Virus record (IMG/VR): IMGVR_UViG_3300021431_000082
Location: 8,047 to 72,046 of that record
Length of the DNA stretch: 64,000 bases
From: a virus
Taxonomy: Duplodnaviria; Heunggongvirae; Uroviricota; Caudoviricetes
Strand: one strand, 5' to 3'
Shown here piece after piece: positions 1-10,259 of the stretch. A program made the position numbers and the translations under genes. The notes beneath the pieces are model-generated. The model worked only from the letters and a program-made list of their open reading frames with translations, was not told the origin of the DNA and searched no databases. Every line of letters starts with the position of its first letter. Positions within the stretch are counted from its first letter, which is position 1.

Positions 1-1385
1 ATTCGACCACGAAAGCTTTAACCACAGCTTCATTTATGCCATTTGGGGCCATTCTATTTTACAACAGTACGTATGCGGTTAATGCAAATGCAGTGATTCC
101 AAATGGTAGGCTGTACGATAGTTTGCTTATTGATCTTAGATATTCATTTAATATCGGAACAACTTTAACGGCTAACAAAGCTGTGTATATAGTTGCTGTT
201 CCACAGAGCGATGGCAAAGCAAAACTTCACGCCACAACCCCGATTTCTCAGACGTTGCCAACGACAGCCGATGGTAATTATTATATCTACCTTGGTATAG
301 CGTACAGCACCTATCAGGTAACGCTACCACGTAACTTCCATCCGGTGTTTATGTATGCGAACAGCGCTGTCAGAGAAGTAAGTCAATATGCTCCATATGC
401 CGGTGATTCAGCGACTGTATCTGGTCATACTGTTGCCAAGGATGTTCCAAGTGATGCTCTCTTCACTGATCACACCTATACAGCCGCAACTGCCGCTCCT
501 GGCGAAATCGCAACTACAGGTGCTAAAGGCTCATCTTCAAATTATGCCAGACAAGATCATACTCATGCGATCAGTCTTGCAACCGGAGATAGTAACGGAC
601 AGGTAAAGATTGCCGGTGAGAATGTCGATGTCAAAGGACTTGGAGCGCTTGCATACAAAGCCAGTCTCAGTAAGTCTGACGTTGGTCTTGGAAATGTGGA
701 TAACAAATCTTCCGCAACGATACGAGGCGAGATTACATCATAGAATGTGACTACCGCACTTGGATATACCCCAGTGAATAAGACTGGAGACACCATGAGC
801 GGCGATCTCGCTCTTAGTGCAGGAAGTGTTACTGCTAATGCCGGGTCTATCGTTTCAGGTGTGAGCACAAGAACAAGTGAGTCACAGGTCCATGCTATTA
901 GTAAATCTGGTGATATCTACCTGTATTCAACCGGTAACTCAAGTGGTAACGGGGCAAGGGGTCTTTATGTACCGGCTCATGGAACCGGCGGCGCTAAGAA
1001 TATTATCGCAGTTGACACAAACAACAACGTCACATTCTCTGGTTCTCTAAGTGGTGCCGCCTCATCCAATGTCTTAAAGTCCGGTGATACGATGTCTGGT
1101 CAGCTTACCCTTAAACCCGATTCAGGCGAAGGTGGTCAGATATGTCTTGATGCTTCAACGGCACAAACAACTCAGGGTGGTATTTATCTTGATCAGGTAA
1201 ACAGCTCATTCAGAATATTTGGTAAACCGTCCGCTGATGGAAGCACCTGTCAAGGATCAGGAACGATTCTCACATACTATCCATATAACTCAGGCAAGAT
1301 GACAATCGGAAGCGCAAGGGTCATGACATCTGCAATGTTCTCTCTCAGCGGAACGACCTTAACTATCACTATCCCAACTAACTAA
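1..1385 (+). CDS. tail fibre protein (5' end outside window; in-frame TAG at 741-743)
   Basis: ORF 36..743 stays open back to base 1 and continues in the same frame through a single TAG into ORF 747..1385. The protein is G/S/T-rich with repeated K-SGDTMSG-L motifs typical of phage tail fibres. Confidence 0.55.
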
Positions 1386-1393
1386 GGAGTAAA

Positions 1394-2026
1394 ATGGTAA
1401 ACATATACGGTTCAGGCGGTGGTGGTGTCTCATCTGAAGACATCACTGCTCGCCGAGCCGATGTTCTTGAGACAGTCTCAACTATAACATCAGATTCAAA
1501 TGATGAGATGGTCAAAGGAACATTGGCAAATATTGCTGCGGAAGAGTCATATAAAAGCGTAAGGACAGATTCTTCCAACCTTTATCTCGGCGTAACTTCA
1601 GGTGCTCATGTAACGAATACAGCCTCTGGTTATCCGGCGGTTTATATTCCGCTGTCAAAGCTTCGTGAAAAGATCGGAGTAACGGACGCTTCGAAGATCC
1701 TCTCCGGTGTAACTATTGCAGGTCTTACCGGGACTATGACAAACCAGGGATCAAAGAGTACGACTCTTGCCATCAATACATCTTACATAGTTCCAAAGGG
1801 TTATCACGATGGTACGGGCAAGGTTACTGCGGATAAAGATTACAGTACAAAGGCGGCATTCAGTTATACACCGAACAAGCCGACTTCAAATCATATGATC
1901 CAGGCCGCTGGCGTTTATATGTCCGGGGATATCACACTCAAAGGAGATGCTAATCTCGTGGCGTCAAACATTAAGAAGGGCGTAAAGATCTTTGGAATAA
2001 CTGGAACTTACGAATATGATTGGTGA
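1394..2026 (+). CDS. tail fibre / receptor-binding protein paralog A
   Basis: 210-aa ORF with an RBS. Its N-terminus (MVNI-GSGGG-V-S-D-TA) is shared with the next gene, and it is rich in G/T/S. Confidence 0.5.
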   Translation: MVNIYGSGGGGVSSEDITARRADVLETVSTITSDSNDEMVKGTLANIAAEESYKSVRTDSSNLYLGVTSGAHVTNTASGYPAVYIPLSKLREKIGVTDASKILSGVTIAGLTGTMTNQGSKSTTLAINTSYIVPKGYHDGTGKVTADKDYSTKAAFSYTPNKPTSNHMIQAAGVYMSGDITLKGDANLVASNIKKGVKIFGITGTYEYDW

Positions 2027-2032
2027 TTTAAA

Positions 2033-3193
2033 ATGGTAAATATAATTTGTTCAGGTGGTGGTAGTGTATTTTCTGATGACGTAACAGCTTCAAAAGCCCA
2101 AGTCGTTGAAGGATACTCCACAATCACTTCAGACTCAAATGATGAGATTGGTGAAGGTACGATGAAGGAAGTCGGAGCAAATGACCCATCAGTTTCAAAT
2201 GGAATTGCGAATTCAAACCTGTACCTTCGCATGACCAATGGAGCGCATCGGACTGCAAATGCGACCTCTGGATACCCGGAGGTTTCGATCCCGCTCGCTG
2301 ATCTCAGATCGACGATTGGATTTGCGGATACCGCCAATGTATTGGAGGGATATACGATTGCCGGCGCCGAAGGCACGATGCCCAATAAGGGTGCATGGAA
2401 TGGGAAAGTAGGACTTACAGGCTCTGTTACAATCCCGAAAGGATATCATAATGGGAGTGGAAAGGTCACAAGGTCTTTTCAGGTATATCCCGGTACTATT
2501 GCTACGCCGGCTGCAAATGATCAGGTAATTCTAACTTCAGGCAAGATTCTGACCGGCAATGTCAACTGTGCCGGTGATAAGAACTTAATTGCGGCCAACT
2601 TAAAACACGGCGTTTCTATCTTTGGAGTGACGGGAAGTTATGTGAGTCCCTATATCTACAATGGTGGAGACGCTACTGCTCTCTTTGGATCGAAGTCGTT
2701 TGGGTTCAAGATTAACGCCGGTGGTGATTATGGCGCAGCTTGGGGTGGATTAGTTTCCTATAATACGGCGAACATGACTGGGTCGTTCACTTTTAACAAT
2801 AACCTTAGTACATATAACTATGGAGCTTGTTATCTTGTTGCTAATAAAGCATTTGATATTAGCAATTACAATACATTAACATTATCATATACTGCTACAC
2901 CCGATGCAACATATCCAGGCTATTACTTTGTTCGTATCTATGTCGGGGTATCGGCGTCATGTGAGCGTCTAAGTTCAGATCCTTCAACACAGAGCTATTA
3001 TCGTCTTGCTGGACCTGAATATGACTCAAAGGTCAATGCAACAGCAAGTGGAACTGATACTTGTGTTCTTGATTTATCGAAAGCAAAAGCAAAAGGTAGT
3101 TTATACTACCCGTTTATTTATGCAACCATAAGCCATGATGCAAGTTATAATGCGACTGTTGGTGTAAAGGTTAACAGTCTTGTATTAAGTTGA
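2033..3193 (+). CDS. tail fibre / receptor-binding protein paralog B
   Basis: 386-aa ORF. The first ~120 aa are ~50% identical to 1394..2026 and the C-terminus is divergent. Confidence 0.5.
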   Translation: MVNIICSGGGSVFSDDVTASKAQVVEGYSTITSDSNDEIGEGTMKEVGANDPSVSNGIANSNLYLRMTNGAHRTANATSGYPEVSIPLADLRSTIGFADTANVLEGYTIAGAEGTMPNKGAWNGKVGLTGSVTIPKGYHNGSGKVTRSFQVYPGTIATPAANDQVILTSGKILTGNVNCAGDKNLIAANLKHGVSIFGVTGSYVSPYIYNGGDATALFGSKSFGFKINAGGDYGAAWGGLVSYNTANMTGSFTFNNNLSTYNYGACYLVANKAFDISNYNTLTLSYTATPDATYPGYYFVRIYVGVSASCERLSSDPSTQSYYRLAGPEYDSKVNATASGTDTCVLDLSKAKAKGSLYYPFIYATISHDASYNATVGVKVNSLVLS

Positions 3194-3253
3194 GGTAACT
3201 AATATACATTTTCATAATAAATCCAATATACAGCGAGCGCGATAAGCTGTATG

Positions 3254-3285
3254 TTGTGTTTATATATAAAAATCAATTGTATAAT
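3254..3285 (+). promoter_or_regulatory. sigma70-like promoter candidate (extended -10 TGTATAAT)
   Basis: TTGTGT ... TGTATAAT lies in the AT-rich gap upstream of the 3405 gene. Confidence 0.3.
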
Positions 3286-3404
3286 ATCGTCGCGAAATAT
3301 TATGCATGAGATTTTTATAACCTGTTGTTACTCAATCAAACAAAAAAACGAGGTAAAATTTAATTATGAATGAGAACGTCGATTATGGAATGTAGGGTAG
3401 CACT

Positions 3405-3929
3405 ATGTGGTTTCTTGCTCTGATGCTTCTGCTGTTTGGTGGCGGATTCGGTGGTGGATTTGGCGGTGGCCGTCCGATGCCTAATTTTGCAACACAGGAA
3501 CAGGTGCAGGAAGGTTTCAATAATCAGTCTGTGCAGAACCAGCTTCAGTAGATTGCTCTCAGCTCTGCAAACAACAACTATCAGACTGCTCTCCTGCTGA
3601 ATCAGCAAACCAATCAGCTTGAACAGCAGAACAATACAAACCTGATCAATGCTATCCAGGGATTCAATTCCGTGAATCAGGCAATTCAGAATCAGACAAA
3701 TGTTCTCCAGAGTCAGCTTCAGCAACTCGGCGCTCAGATGAACGAGTGCTGCTGCTCTATCAAGACTCAGATGCTTCAGGATAAGTATGAGGCTACTCAG
3801 TCTCAGCTTAATGCCGCTCGTAACGAAATCAGCAACTACAATCAGTCCCAGTATCTGCTCGGTCAGATGGGACGCTATGTGGCGTGGGCTGGTTCAGGCT
3901 CTCAGGCGGCTGCTGGCGCTAACGGCTAA
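3405..3929 (+). CDS. Gln/Asn-rich secreted or membrane-anchored protein with in-frame TAG (3549-3551)
   Basis: ATG at 3405 is followed by a hydrophobic N-terminus and G-rich linker, then Q/N-rich repeats. The frame runs through TAG (NQLQ-TAG-IALSS) into ORF 3672..3929. An alternative start at 3366 would add a second in-frame TAG at 3393. Confidence 0.45.
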
Positions 3930-3944
3930 TTTTGTTTTACCACT

Positions 3945-3970
3945 GGGGCTCCTTCGGGAGCCCCTTTTAT
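3945..3970 (+). terminator. rho-independent terminator
   Basis: GGGGCTCC-TTCG-GGAGCCCC hairpin followed by TTTT. Confidence 0.6.
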
Positions 3971-3988
3971 TAATGGAGAATATGGAGA

Positions 3989-4663
3989 ATGCCGATAAAG
4001 TTTGGCAATACGACTATAGATAAAATTATATATAACAACACCGATCTTGATAAAGTATATTTCAAGAATGGTAACAACGCTGCTGTACTTGTATTTTTTA
4101 CACCATACGCTTATAACGGATAGTCTTTTCGAGGGGATTTTAGTAGCGGTATCATCTCTGGTCCACAAGTTAAGAAAGGGGTTAACTCCGCGATATATGG
4201 GCCAATTGATCAAGCTCCCAGAGGCGCTACTTATACGAGCGGAGCTATATCTGATTCCTATACATAGACCACATCGGATGGGTATGGCCTAGGTGGCTTT
4301 GCAACAGTTGGACAAATTGATCTTACAAATATTTAGTCAATCAGGGTCAATCAAACATTCCACTGGTGGGTCAGAAATATTACTACAAGTAGTCCAGACT
4401 GGGTGTATGTGTAGCTGAATAGAGTGTATGCTTGCACTAAAAGCGGAAATGATTATGTAACACAGGCAGAGCTATATGGAACTTAGAGCGGTGTAGTCCC
4501 AGGCTACACTGGAAACAATGGTTATAATACGACCACTGGTGCTTGGACATTTAATTGCAGTTCTCTCACTGGTAATTATTATTTATTTTTTCAGATTGAA
4601 CATTCGAGTGAAGCGGTTGGAATAAACGCATAGACTACAATTAACAGTATAATACTATCATGA
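3989..4663 (+). CDS. tail/structural protein with six in-frame TAG codons
   Basis: ATG at 3989 to TGA at 4661. Six in-frame TAGs (4121, 4265, 4334, 4412, 4484, 4631) are the only stops in a 225-codon frame. The translation is a G/Y/T/N-rich tail-fibre-like protein. Confidence 0.55.
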
Positions 4664-4941
4664 AAAACAAAAAGAAAATCCAATTTACAAAGATAATCAT
4701 AACGATGGTGTTGATCTGGGCGATGCTTATGGTTAGCGCCACTTATGTTTTATAGGCATTTCATCGTGATCCGCCTGAGACTCTAAGCATCCGCATCGTT
4801 GAACTTATCATTGCGGCAATCATTACCTACTGTCTCAAGGCATTTTTTGAAACCAAAGAACAAGAAAAAAATCGATTGAAGGAAAAGGAACTAGATCGTG
4901 ACTATACAGATAGTGAGTCTTGTGAAGAACCTCGTGGATAA
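4660..4941 (+). CDS. holin-like small membrane protein with in-frame TAG (4753-4755)
   Basis: ATGA start/stop overlap with the previous gene. Two predicted TM helices (IIITMVLIWAMLMV, IVELIIAAIITYCL) precede a charged C-terminal tail. The frame is open through a single TAG. Confidence 0.4.
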
Positions 4942-4954
4942 AAGGAGAATGAAT

Positions 4955-5431
4955 ATGGAATTTAAACTGTCCCCGCCGTGGGCAATCTATTATCGTAAAA
5001 TCAATGCGCTGTTTGGAGAGGACCCTGAGATCAGGATTGTATACGATGAGGATGCTCCTGAGATCAAGCTGTATGTGGATAGCGTGGACAAGGCTGATGC
5101 CATGGCTCAGCTGCTCCCGGTCGAGAAGGAGTTCGGTAATGTCAAGCTGAAGATCACTGTCATTCCGCCGAACAAACTTGAAGCTGATAAGATCTCCGTA
5201 TTTGAGAAGATGTTCAAGGGTAACCCTGTGGTCTCCTTCATCACCGGCATTCAGGATATCTTTGCAACTCCGCTCCACTATATCGTTTTTAAGAATAAGG
5301 TTGTCCAGTATCACAACGATGATCTCAGCGATTTCTATGGCAACTGCTCCACGCTCTATCAGGATATTGCAAAAGATGTCTTCGGAAAACAAGAAAACAT
5401 TTACTTCTGCACCGACAGAGCAGACTGAATA
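4955..5431 (+). CDS. hypothetical protein
   Basis: AAAGGAG RBS sits 8 nt before ATG 4955. Same frame as ORF 4898..5428, ending in TGA. Confidence 0.5.
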
Positions 5432-5532
5432 TGCAAGTCTGATGCAGAGCCTCACTGAAGAAGTGAACGATATCAAGAAGTATGGCGAACCAAAAGGTAA
5501 GCGAATCACTCTTGAAATTATGAGGTCTTTAA

Positions 5533-6675
5533 ATGACAAAGTTAGAAATGATTGACGCCATCATCGCCTACATGAAAGCTGATGACGGCTATCTGGAGAA
5601 AGCCACGGCGAATTCGAAGTATCTCTACACGAAGCTTCAGAACGCCGGCTATAACAACTACACCAAGTACTGGGATATCATCTATAAGGCGACCGGTCTC
5701 AACTATCAGGGTGGAGCATGGTGCATGGGGAGCATCATGGCTATCATGATTGAGACCCTCGGCGTACATAATGCCCAGACTCTGATGTATCAGAAGGCTG
5801 CAATTAATTGTCAGCTTACTTATGATATTTTCAGAGAACATGGTCAAGTCTATAGCACTCCTGAAGTTGGTGACCTGATCGTCTTCTGGAATGGCAAGCG
5901 CTTCCATCATGTCGAGTATGTCATCAGGATCAGCGGCGATACCTTCTGGACCTGGGGCGGGAATACCTCAAGTGATACAAGTATCGTTGTTGATAATGGT
6001 GGTGCAGCTCGATATGGAAAGCAGTATTCCATTAAAGCATGTAAAGCTAACAAACATAAGTTTCTTAGACCTGACTATGATGCTATCGCAACAGAGAGCT
6101 CAAACACAAAGCTGTGCAGTGGAACGCTCGAAGTCGTAGCCGCACTGAACTGTAGAGCCTCTGCTGTGACCGGTGCGGTGAAGACTACGTACTCTGCCGG
6201 CACCAAGGTCGAAGTCAGCCGCTATACATTCCAGGGTAATGCCTACTGGTTTAAGACTCAGGATGGATGGGTTAGCGGCAACTACTTAAAAGGATGGGTC
6301 AAGGTAGATACGACCGATCCTCACAACCAATGGTGGTACATGACCGGAAGTAAGAAGTCTGAGACCGCCTATGGTATTAATCAGATTCTTGAAATCAATG
6401 GAGCCACCTATCTGTTCAAGCCGAATGGATACGCACTCCAGGATGACTGGTACAAGGAGAACGACACCTGGTACTACGCATATGACAACTGCCAGATCAT
6501 CAGGAGTAACTGGCTCGAATACAAAGATCACTCCTACTATTTCGACTCAACTGGAAAAATGGTGACCGATGCTTTCGTGAAAGCTAAGAACGCCGAAACT
6601 TACTATTACTTAGACAAGGATGGCGTTTGGGATGGTAAAGCCTACCCAGAGCCGGAAGGAAGGATTGTGAAATAA
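5533..6675 (+). CDS. cell wall hydrolase: CHAP peptidase + SH3b + choline-binding-type cell-wall-binding repeats
   Basis: Cys (GGAWCMG) and His (GDLIVFWNGKRFHHVEY) CHAP signature, an SH3b-like middle region, and C-terminal W/Y-rich repeats (YYFDSTGKMVTD, YYYLDKDGVW). Confidence 0.6.
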   Translation: MTKLEMIDAIIAYMKADDGYLEKATANSKYLYTKLQNAGYNNYTKYWDIIYKATGLNYQGGAWCMGSIMAIMIETLGVHNAQTLMYQKAAINCQLTYDIFREHGQVYSTPEVGDLIVFWNGKRFHHVEYVIRISGDTFWTWGGNTSSDTSIVVDNGGAARYGKQYSIKACKANKHKFLRPDYDAIATESSNTKLCSGTLEVVAALNCRASAVTGAVKTTYSAGTKVEVSRYTFQGNAYWFKTQDGWVSGNYLKGWVKVDTTDPHNQWWYMTGSKKSETAYGINQILEINGATYLFKPNGYALQDDWYKENDTWYYAYDNCQIIRSNWLEYKDHSYYFDSTGKMVTDAFVKAKNAETYYYLDKDGVWDGKAYPEPEGRIVK

Positions 6676-7235
6676 TGAACGAGTTGAATCAGTTTTTTCA
6701 GATTAACATGAGGCAGTTCCTGTTGGAATTGTTTATTATCGCCGTTGTATTTTTGGGCTTCGATGACATCTACAACAAACTTAAGACCCGTCTTGGGATT
6801 GTAACAAAGGCGGATCTGGAAAAACAAAAGGAGCATGAAGCCATCAAGCGTCATAGCGAAGAGCTGGATGAGATACGTGCAGGTCTGGATGCGGTCAGGG
6901 AGGAATCTGAAAGAGCTGATTCCGACTTCAAATCCTAGTTCAAGGCCCTTAACGATAAGATCAATGTGCTTTCTAGTATGCTTGTGGAAATGCAGAGAAA
7001 GTCTGATGAATCTGAGAGACACAAACTTCATGACAGGATCGGTCAATCATATCGGTATTATCATGAACGCTTCGTTAACAACGCACCAGGGGGAGTATGG
7101 ACTGCGATGGAGAAGGAAGCTTTTGATGGACTGATTCTGGACTATGAAAACCACGGCGGTAAGAACTCTTTCGTGCATACAGTGTGCCAACCTGAGAGTG
7201 CGCAGTGGACTATAAAGGAGAATTACAATGGTTAA
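6675..7235 (+). CDS. membrane protein with in-frame TAG (6939-6941)
   Basis: ORFs 6675..6938 and 6966..7235 share one frame and are separated only by TAG. There is an N-terminal TM helix followed by a coiled-coil region. Confidence 0.45.
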
Positions 7236-7587
7236 TTGGTTAATTGAAAACTGGGCGTTAATTGTCGTGCTTATCTGCATGGTGTTTCTGACTGTGAATT
7301 CAGTGAAAAACTTTTCAGATAAACCGACCGATGAGCAGATCGAGCAGATCAGGAAGTGGCTGCTGATTGCGGTGACGGAATGTGAGGCTCAGCTCGGAAG
7401 TAAGACCGGCAGACTGAAGCTGTCTATGTGCTATGACATGTTTGTAAAGGCACTGCCATCTCTCGCCGCTATCGTCCCGTTTGAGCTGTTCTCTGACCTT
7501 GTAGACGAGGTTTTAGATGAGATGGAGATAATCCTGAAGAACCAGCCTGAAGTCCTTCAGAAGGTCGCACAGGGGGCTCAGGATTGA
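7228..7587 (+). CDS. small membrane protein
   Basis: 119-aa ORF with an N-terminal TM helix (WALIVVLICMVFLTV). Confidence 0.4.
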   Translation: MVNWLIENWALIVVLICMVFLTVNSVKNFSDKPTDEQIEQIRKWLLIAVTECEAQLGSKTGRLKLSMCYDMFVKALPSLAAIVPFELFSDLVDEVLDEMEIILKNQPEVLQKVAQGAQD

Positions 7588-7787
7588 TCGAAGAATGGTA
7601 GAACAAAATTAATGGTAGTCGTGTCTGGGCTGAGGAAGCAATGCTTGGTCCAGACGATGGCTACAATGTTTGGCTAGTTAATGGCGCTGAACCTATGTGG
7701 TACTCGAAGTACCTATTTGAAGAATGCTATAGGAAGGTAAGAAATGATAGCACAACCACTTCAGTACAAACCTATATCACTTAATGA
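7584..7787 (+). CDS. possible small protein with in-frame TAG (7599-7601)
   Basis: AGGGGG RBS then TTG start. The frame has only one TAG before TAA at 7785, and the translation looks protein-like (INGSRVWAEEAMLGPDDGYNVWLVNGAEPMWYSKY). Confidence 0.2.
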
Positions 7788-8001
7788 TGGAGGTAAGGAC
7801 ATGGATTTCATTGAGTTCCTCGTAAAGACTATTAACGAAGAGGCGAACGATGCCGGTAAGTATATGCAATGGGCTGGAGCTTGCAGTGACAAGACATGCA
7901 AGGACACCCTAAATGAAATTGGAAATCAGGAACTAATGCATCAAAAGAAACTGATTGACCTGCTTGCTAATCTTGCGAAGAAGGGAGTTGATAAGGAGTG
8001 A
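7744..8001 (+). CDS. hypothetical protein
   Basis: ORF from the track. The stronger RBS (GGAGGTAAGGAC) precedes the internal ATG at 7801. Confidence 0.4.
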   Translation: MIAQPLQYKPISLNDGGKDMDFIEFLVKTINEEANDAGKYMQWAGACSDKTCKDTLNEIGNQELMHQKKLIDLLANLAKKGVDKE

Positions 8002-8360
8002 ATGAATTTTATCCTTATGGCGGAATAACCGCTCCTACCTTTCAGCAGCCACAGTCTCAACAGCCACAACCGATACAGAGTCGAATCCTCAATGTAAACG
8101 GAAGAGTAGGTGCAGAGAAGATCAATCTCGCTCCCGAATCTTCTATCTTTTTGCTCGACTCTAAAGACCCGGTAATATGGTTAGTCACGACTGACAGCGC
8201 TGCTACAAAAACAATCACGAAGATTAACGCAACTATTGAAGAGGAAAATACACAGGAAGCTACGGCCCCTGTAGTCACTGATAAACTTGAAGAAAAACTG
8301 GATGACGTAATCAAGCGGATTACCGATTTGGAAAAACGCTTTGATTCATGGGAGGCATAA
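7998..8360 (+). CDS. hypothetical protein
   Basis: 120-aa ORF with a Q/P-rich N-terminus. Its start overlaps the previous stop (GTGA). Confidence 0.4.
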   Translation: MNEFYPYGGITAPTFQQPQSQQPQPIQSRILNVNGRVGAEKINLAPESSIFLLDSKDPVIWLVTTDSAATKTITKINATIEEENTQEATAPVVTDKLEEKLDDVIKRITDLEKRFDSWEA

Positions 8361-8614
8361 TGAGTCTACAAGAACTTGCACTTCAAAACAGTCCACAGAT
8401 GAACGGGATTAATAATCTAATCAGTACAATAAAGGCGGCACAGAATCCTGCCGCTATGATCCAACAGTTAGTAATGAATAACCAGCAGGCAAAACAAGCC
8501 AAAGAGATCGCTGATCAATATGGTGGTTGGGAGCAGGCGGCTAGGGCCGTAGCTCAGCAAAAAGGGATTGACATTAATCTTGTTCTTAAACAACTTTCTG
8601 GAGAATATAAATGA
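8348..8614 (+). CDS. hypothetical protein
   Basis: 88-aa ORF, translationally coupled to its neighbours. Confidence 0.4.
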   Translation: MGGIMSLQELALQNSPQMNGINNLISTIKAAQNPAAMIQQLVMNNQQAKQAKEIADQYGGWEQAARAVAQQKGIDINLVLKQLSGEYK

Positions 8615-10098
8615 TCGACACGACAAACGAGTTAGTAAGAGACATCAACGAATCTGTTACTGGCCAGACCTCACATGCAAAGACAGTCAACGAACTTGTC
8701 AGGGAAATTCGTGATGCTGTCGATGGAGTTGTGAACGAAGACCAGATCAGAGAGATTGTTGCCGGCATCATTGGCAGCGCCCCTGAAGCACTGGATACTC
8801 TTGGTGAGATCGCTGATGCTCTCTCTGAAATTTATACGAAGGCTGAGGTAGATACTCTCCTGTCTGGTGTTGATACCGCCGTTAAGCGCGCCGAAGCTAC
8901 CGTCAGCTCACTACAGACCCAATTCGATCAGGCTATGACCGCTCTGACTGAAGACTCAGAAGTACAGAACGCAAGAGTTGGGTCTGATAATGTACAATAC
9001 AGCACTCTGAAGGCTCGCCTCGATGCTGAGAATACTGAGTTAAAGAAACATTTTGAGGAGAGCAGTGCGTATCTTGGATTTGATGCCACAAATGCAATCA
9101 CTTCTATAGCATCTGGCTACTACACAAATGATGGAGCATTTAGCAATAATGGAAATTATTCCCATACTAATGACATTGATGTAGTAGGCGTAAAGAGTGT
9201 ATATATATCTGGAACATTACACACATATACGTTACAGCAGTTTCCTGCTATCGGCGTATTCTTGGGCGCTAATGACCAGTTAATTGCAACGCTTTACAGC
9301 TTGGTGCAACCGAATCAGGCGCCTTGGTTAGTGCGTGTACCTGACGGGGCAACCAAATTAATCATAAACACTGAATATAGGAAAAACGACTATCCAACAT
9401 CCTTGCCTGATGGGGTACTTTGCCTTAAGGTGCAAAAAGAGATTGTGTACTACAACGATCTCAGTGCCGGGAAGCGTATTAAAATTCTTGCCGGGGTTAT
9501 CAGGAATACCGGGACAGGGTGGGCGTTTATTGACGATGCGAACCATAATCCGCTTAATATGTCCGCAGTATCAGTTGATGACAGTGGGCACATCGTTCTG
9601 GATTATGGGTTTACCGCCAAAAAAGTTTTGTCTCTCGTTGGTGCGCCTGATGAAACTTTCGCTTCAAAATACAGAATCGGTGGTTCTGTCGGTCTGTCTC
9701 AAACACTGTTTAATGTTTCAACATTGCATAAGACTATCGGGGGGATGGTATCATATAACGGATCAAGTTGGAATATTAACTACACATCATTTTCCGGGGC
9801 ATCTTTTGACACGGCTACAGGGGCTTTGACGCTCACGCATGAATCTGTTGCAGAGTATCCCACAAGGGAAAAGTTCAATGTGTCCGCAACTGGCAGACGA
9901 TGCAATGTGCAGTTGGGAGAAATGTCAGATACTTCTCTGATTTTATACTTTTTAAATCCTGATGGTACAGTAAAGAAAACACCAGATACTAATATGAGGG
10001 CATATATCACGCGAGATTTGAATTCCATTACAATAAACGCCGACAGTATCATATCCGCAAGCGGTAACTTCTGGCTGTTTGGCGTGATGGAAGTTTAA
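8611..10098 (+). CDS. tail fibre / receptor-binding protein
   Basis: 495-aa ORF with an N-terminal coiled-coil region and a C-terminal beta-rich G/T/S/N domain. It is the last gene of the plus-strand structural block. Confidence 0.45.
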   Translation: MIDTTNELVRDINESVTGQTSHAKTVNELVREIRDAVDGVVNEDQIREIVAGIIGSAPEALDTLGEIADALSEIYTKAEVDTLLSGVDTAVKRAEATVSSLQTQFDQAMTALTEDSEVQNARVGSDNVQYSTLKARLDAENTELKKHFEESSAYLGFDATNAITSIASGYYTNDGAFSNNGNYSHTNDIDVVGVKSVYISGTLHTYTLQQFPAIGVFLGANDQLIATLYSLVQPNQAPWLVRVPDGATKLIINTEYRKNDYPTSLPDGVLCLKVQKEIVYYNDLSAGKRIKILAGVIRNTGTGWAFIDDANHNPLNMSAVSVDDSGHIVLDYGFTAKKVLSLVGAPDETFASKYRIGGSVGLSQTLFNVSTLHKTIGGMVSYNGSSWNINYTSFSGASFDTATGALTLTHESVAEYPTREKFNVSATGRRCNVQLGEMSDTSLILYFLNPDGTVKKTPDTNMRAYITRDLNSITINADSIISASGNFWLFGVMEV

Positions 10099-10195
10099 CT
10101 GACCCGAAAGGACACTTTAAATTAGCCACCGACATAAATGTCGGGGCCATCTGAACATGTACAAAATAGACCTACACTTCTAAGCCATGTGTAAA

Positions 10196-10228
10196 CCCGG
10201 ATGGAGAAATCTGTCCGGGTATTTTTTT
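10196..10228 (+). terminator. rho-independent terminator (end of plus-strand late operon)
   Basis: CCCGGATGG...TGTCCGGG hairpin then TATTTTTTT. A second hairpin for the convergent minus-strand gene follows at 10238-10262. Confidence 0.55.
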
Positions 10229-10259
10229 ACGCAATAAAAAAGAGACCGGTCGCCCGATC

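Noticed and set aside
388-2449. Antisense or alternative-frame ORFs inside the tail fibre genes (388..606, 563..868, 1378..1578, 2008..2385, 2213..2449) and similar overlapping ORFs elsewhere (e.g. 34508..34717, 35201..35559, 47289..47549, 48945..49643)
   Set aside because: They lie entirely within longer, better-supported genes on the other frame or strand, lack RBSs, and have a low-complexity composition typical of shadow ORFs.
1-10100. Diversity-generating retroelement acting on the tail fibres
   Set aside because: There is no reverse transcriptase ORF and no template/variable repeat pair in the window. The fibre paralogs differ throughout, not in a localised VR.
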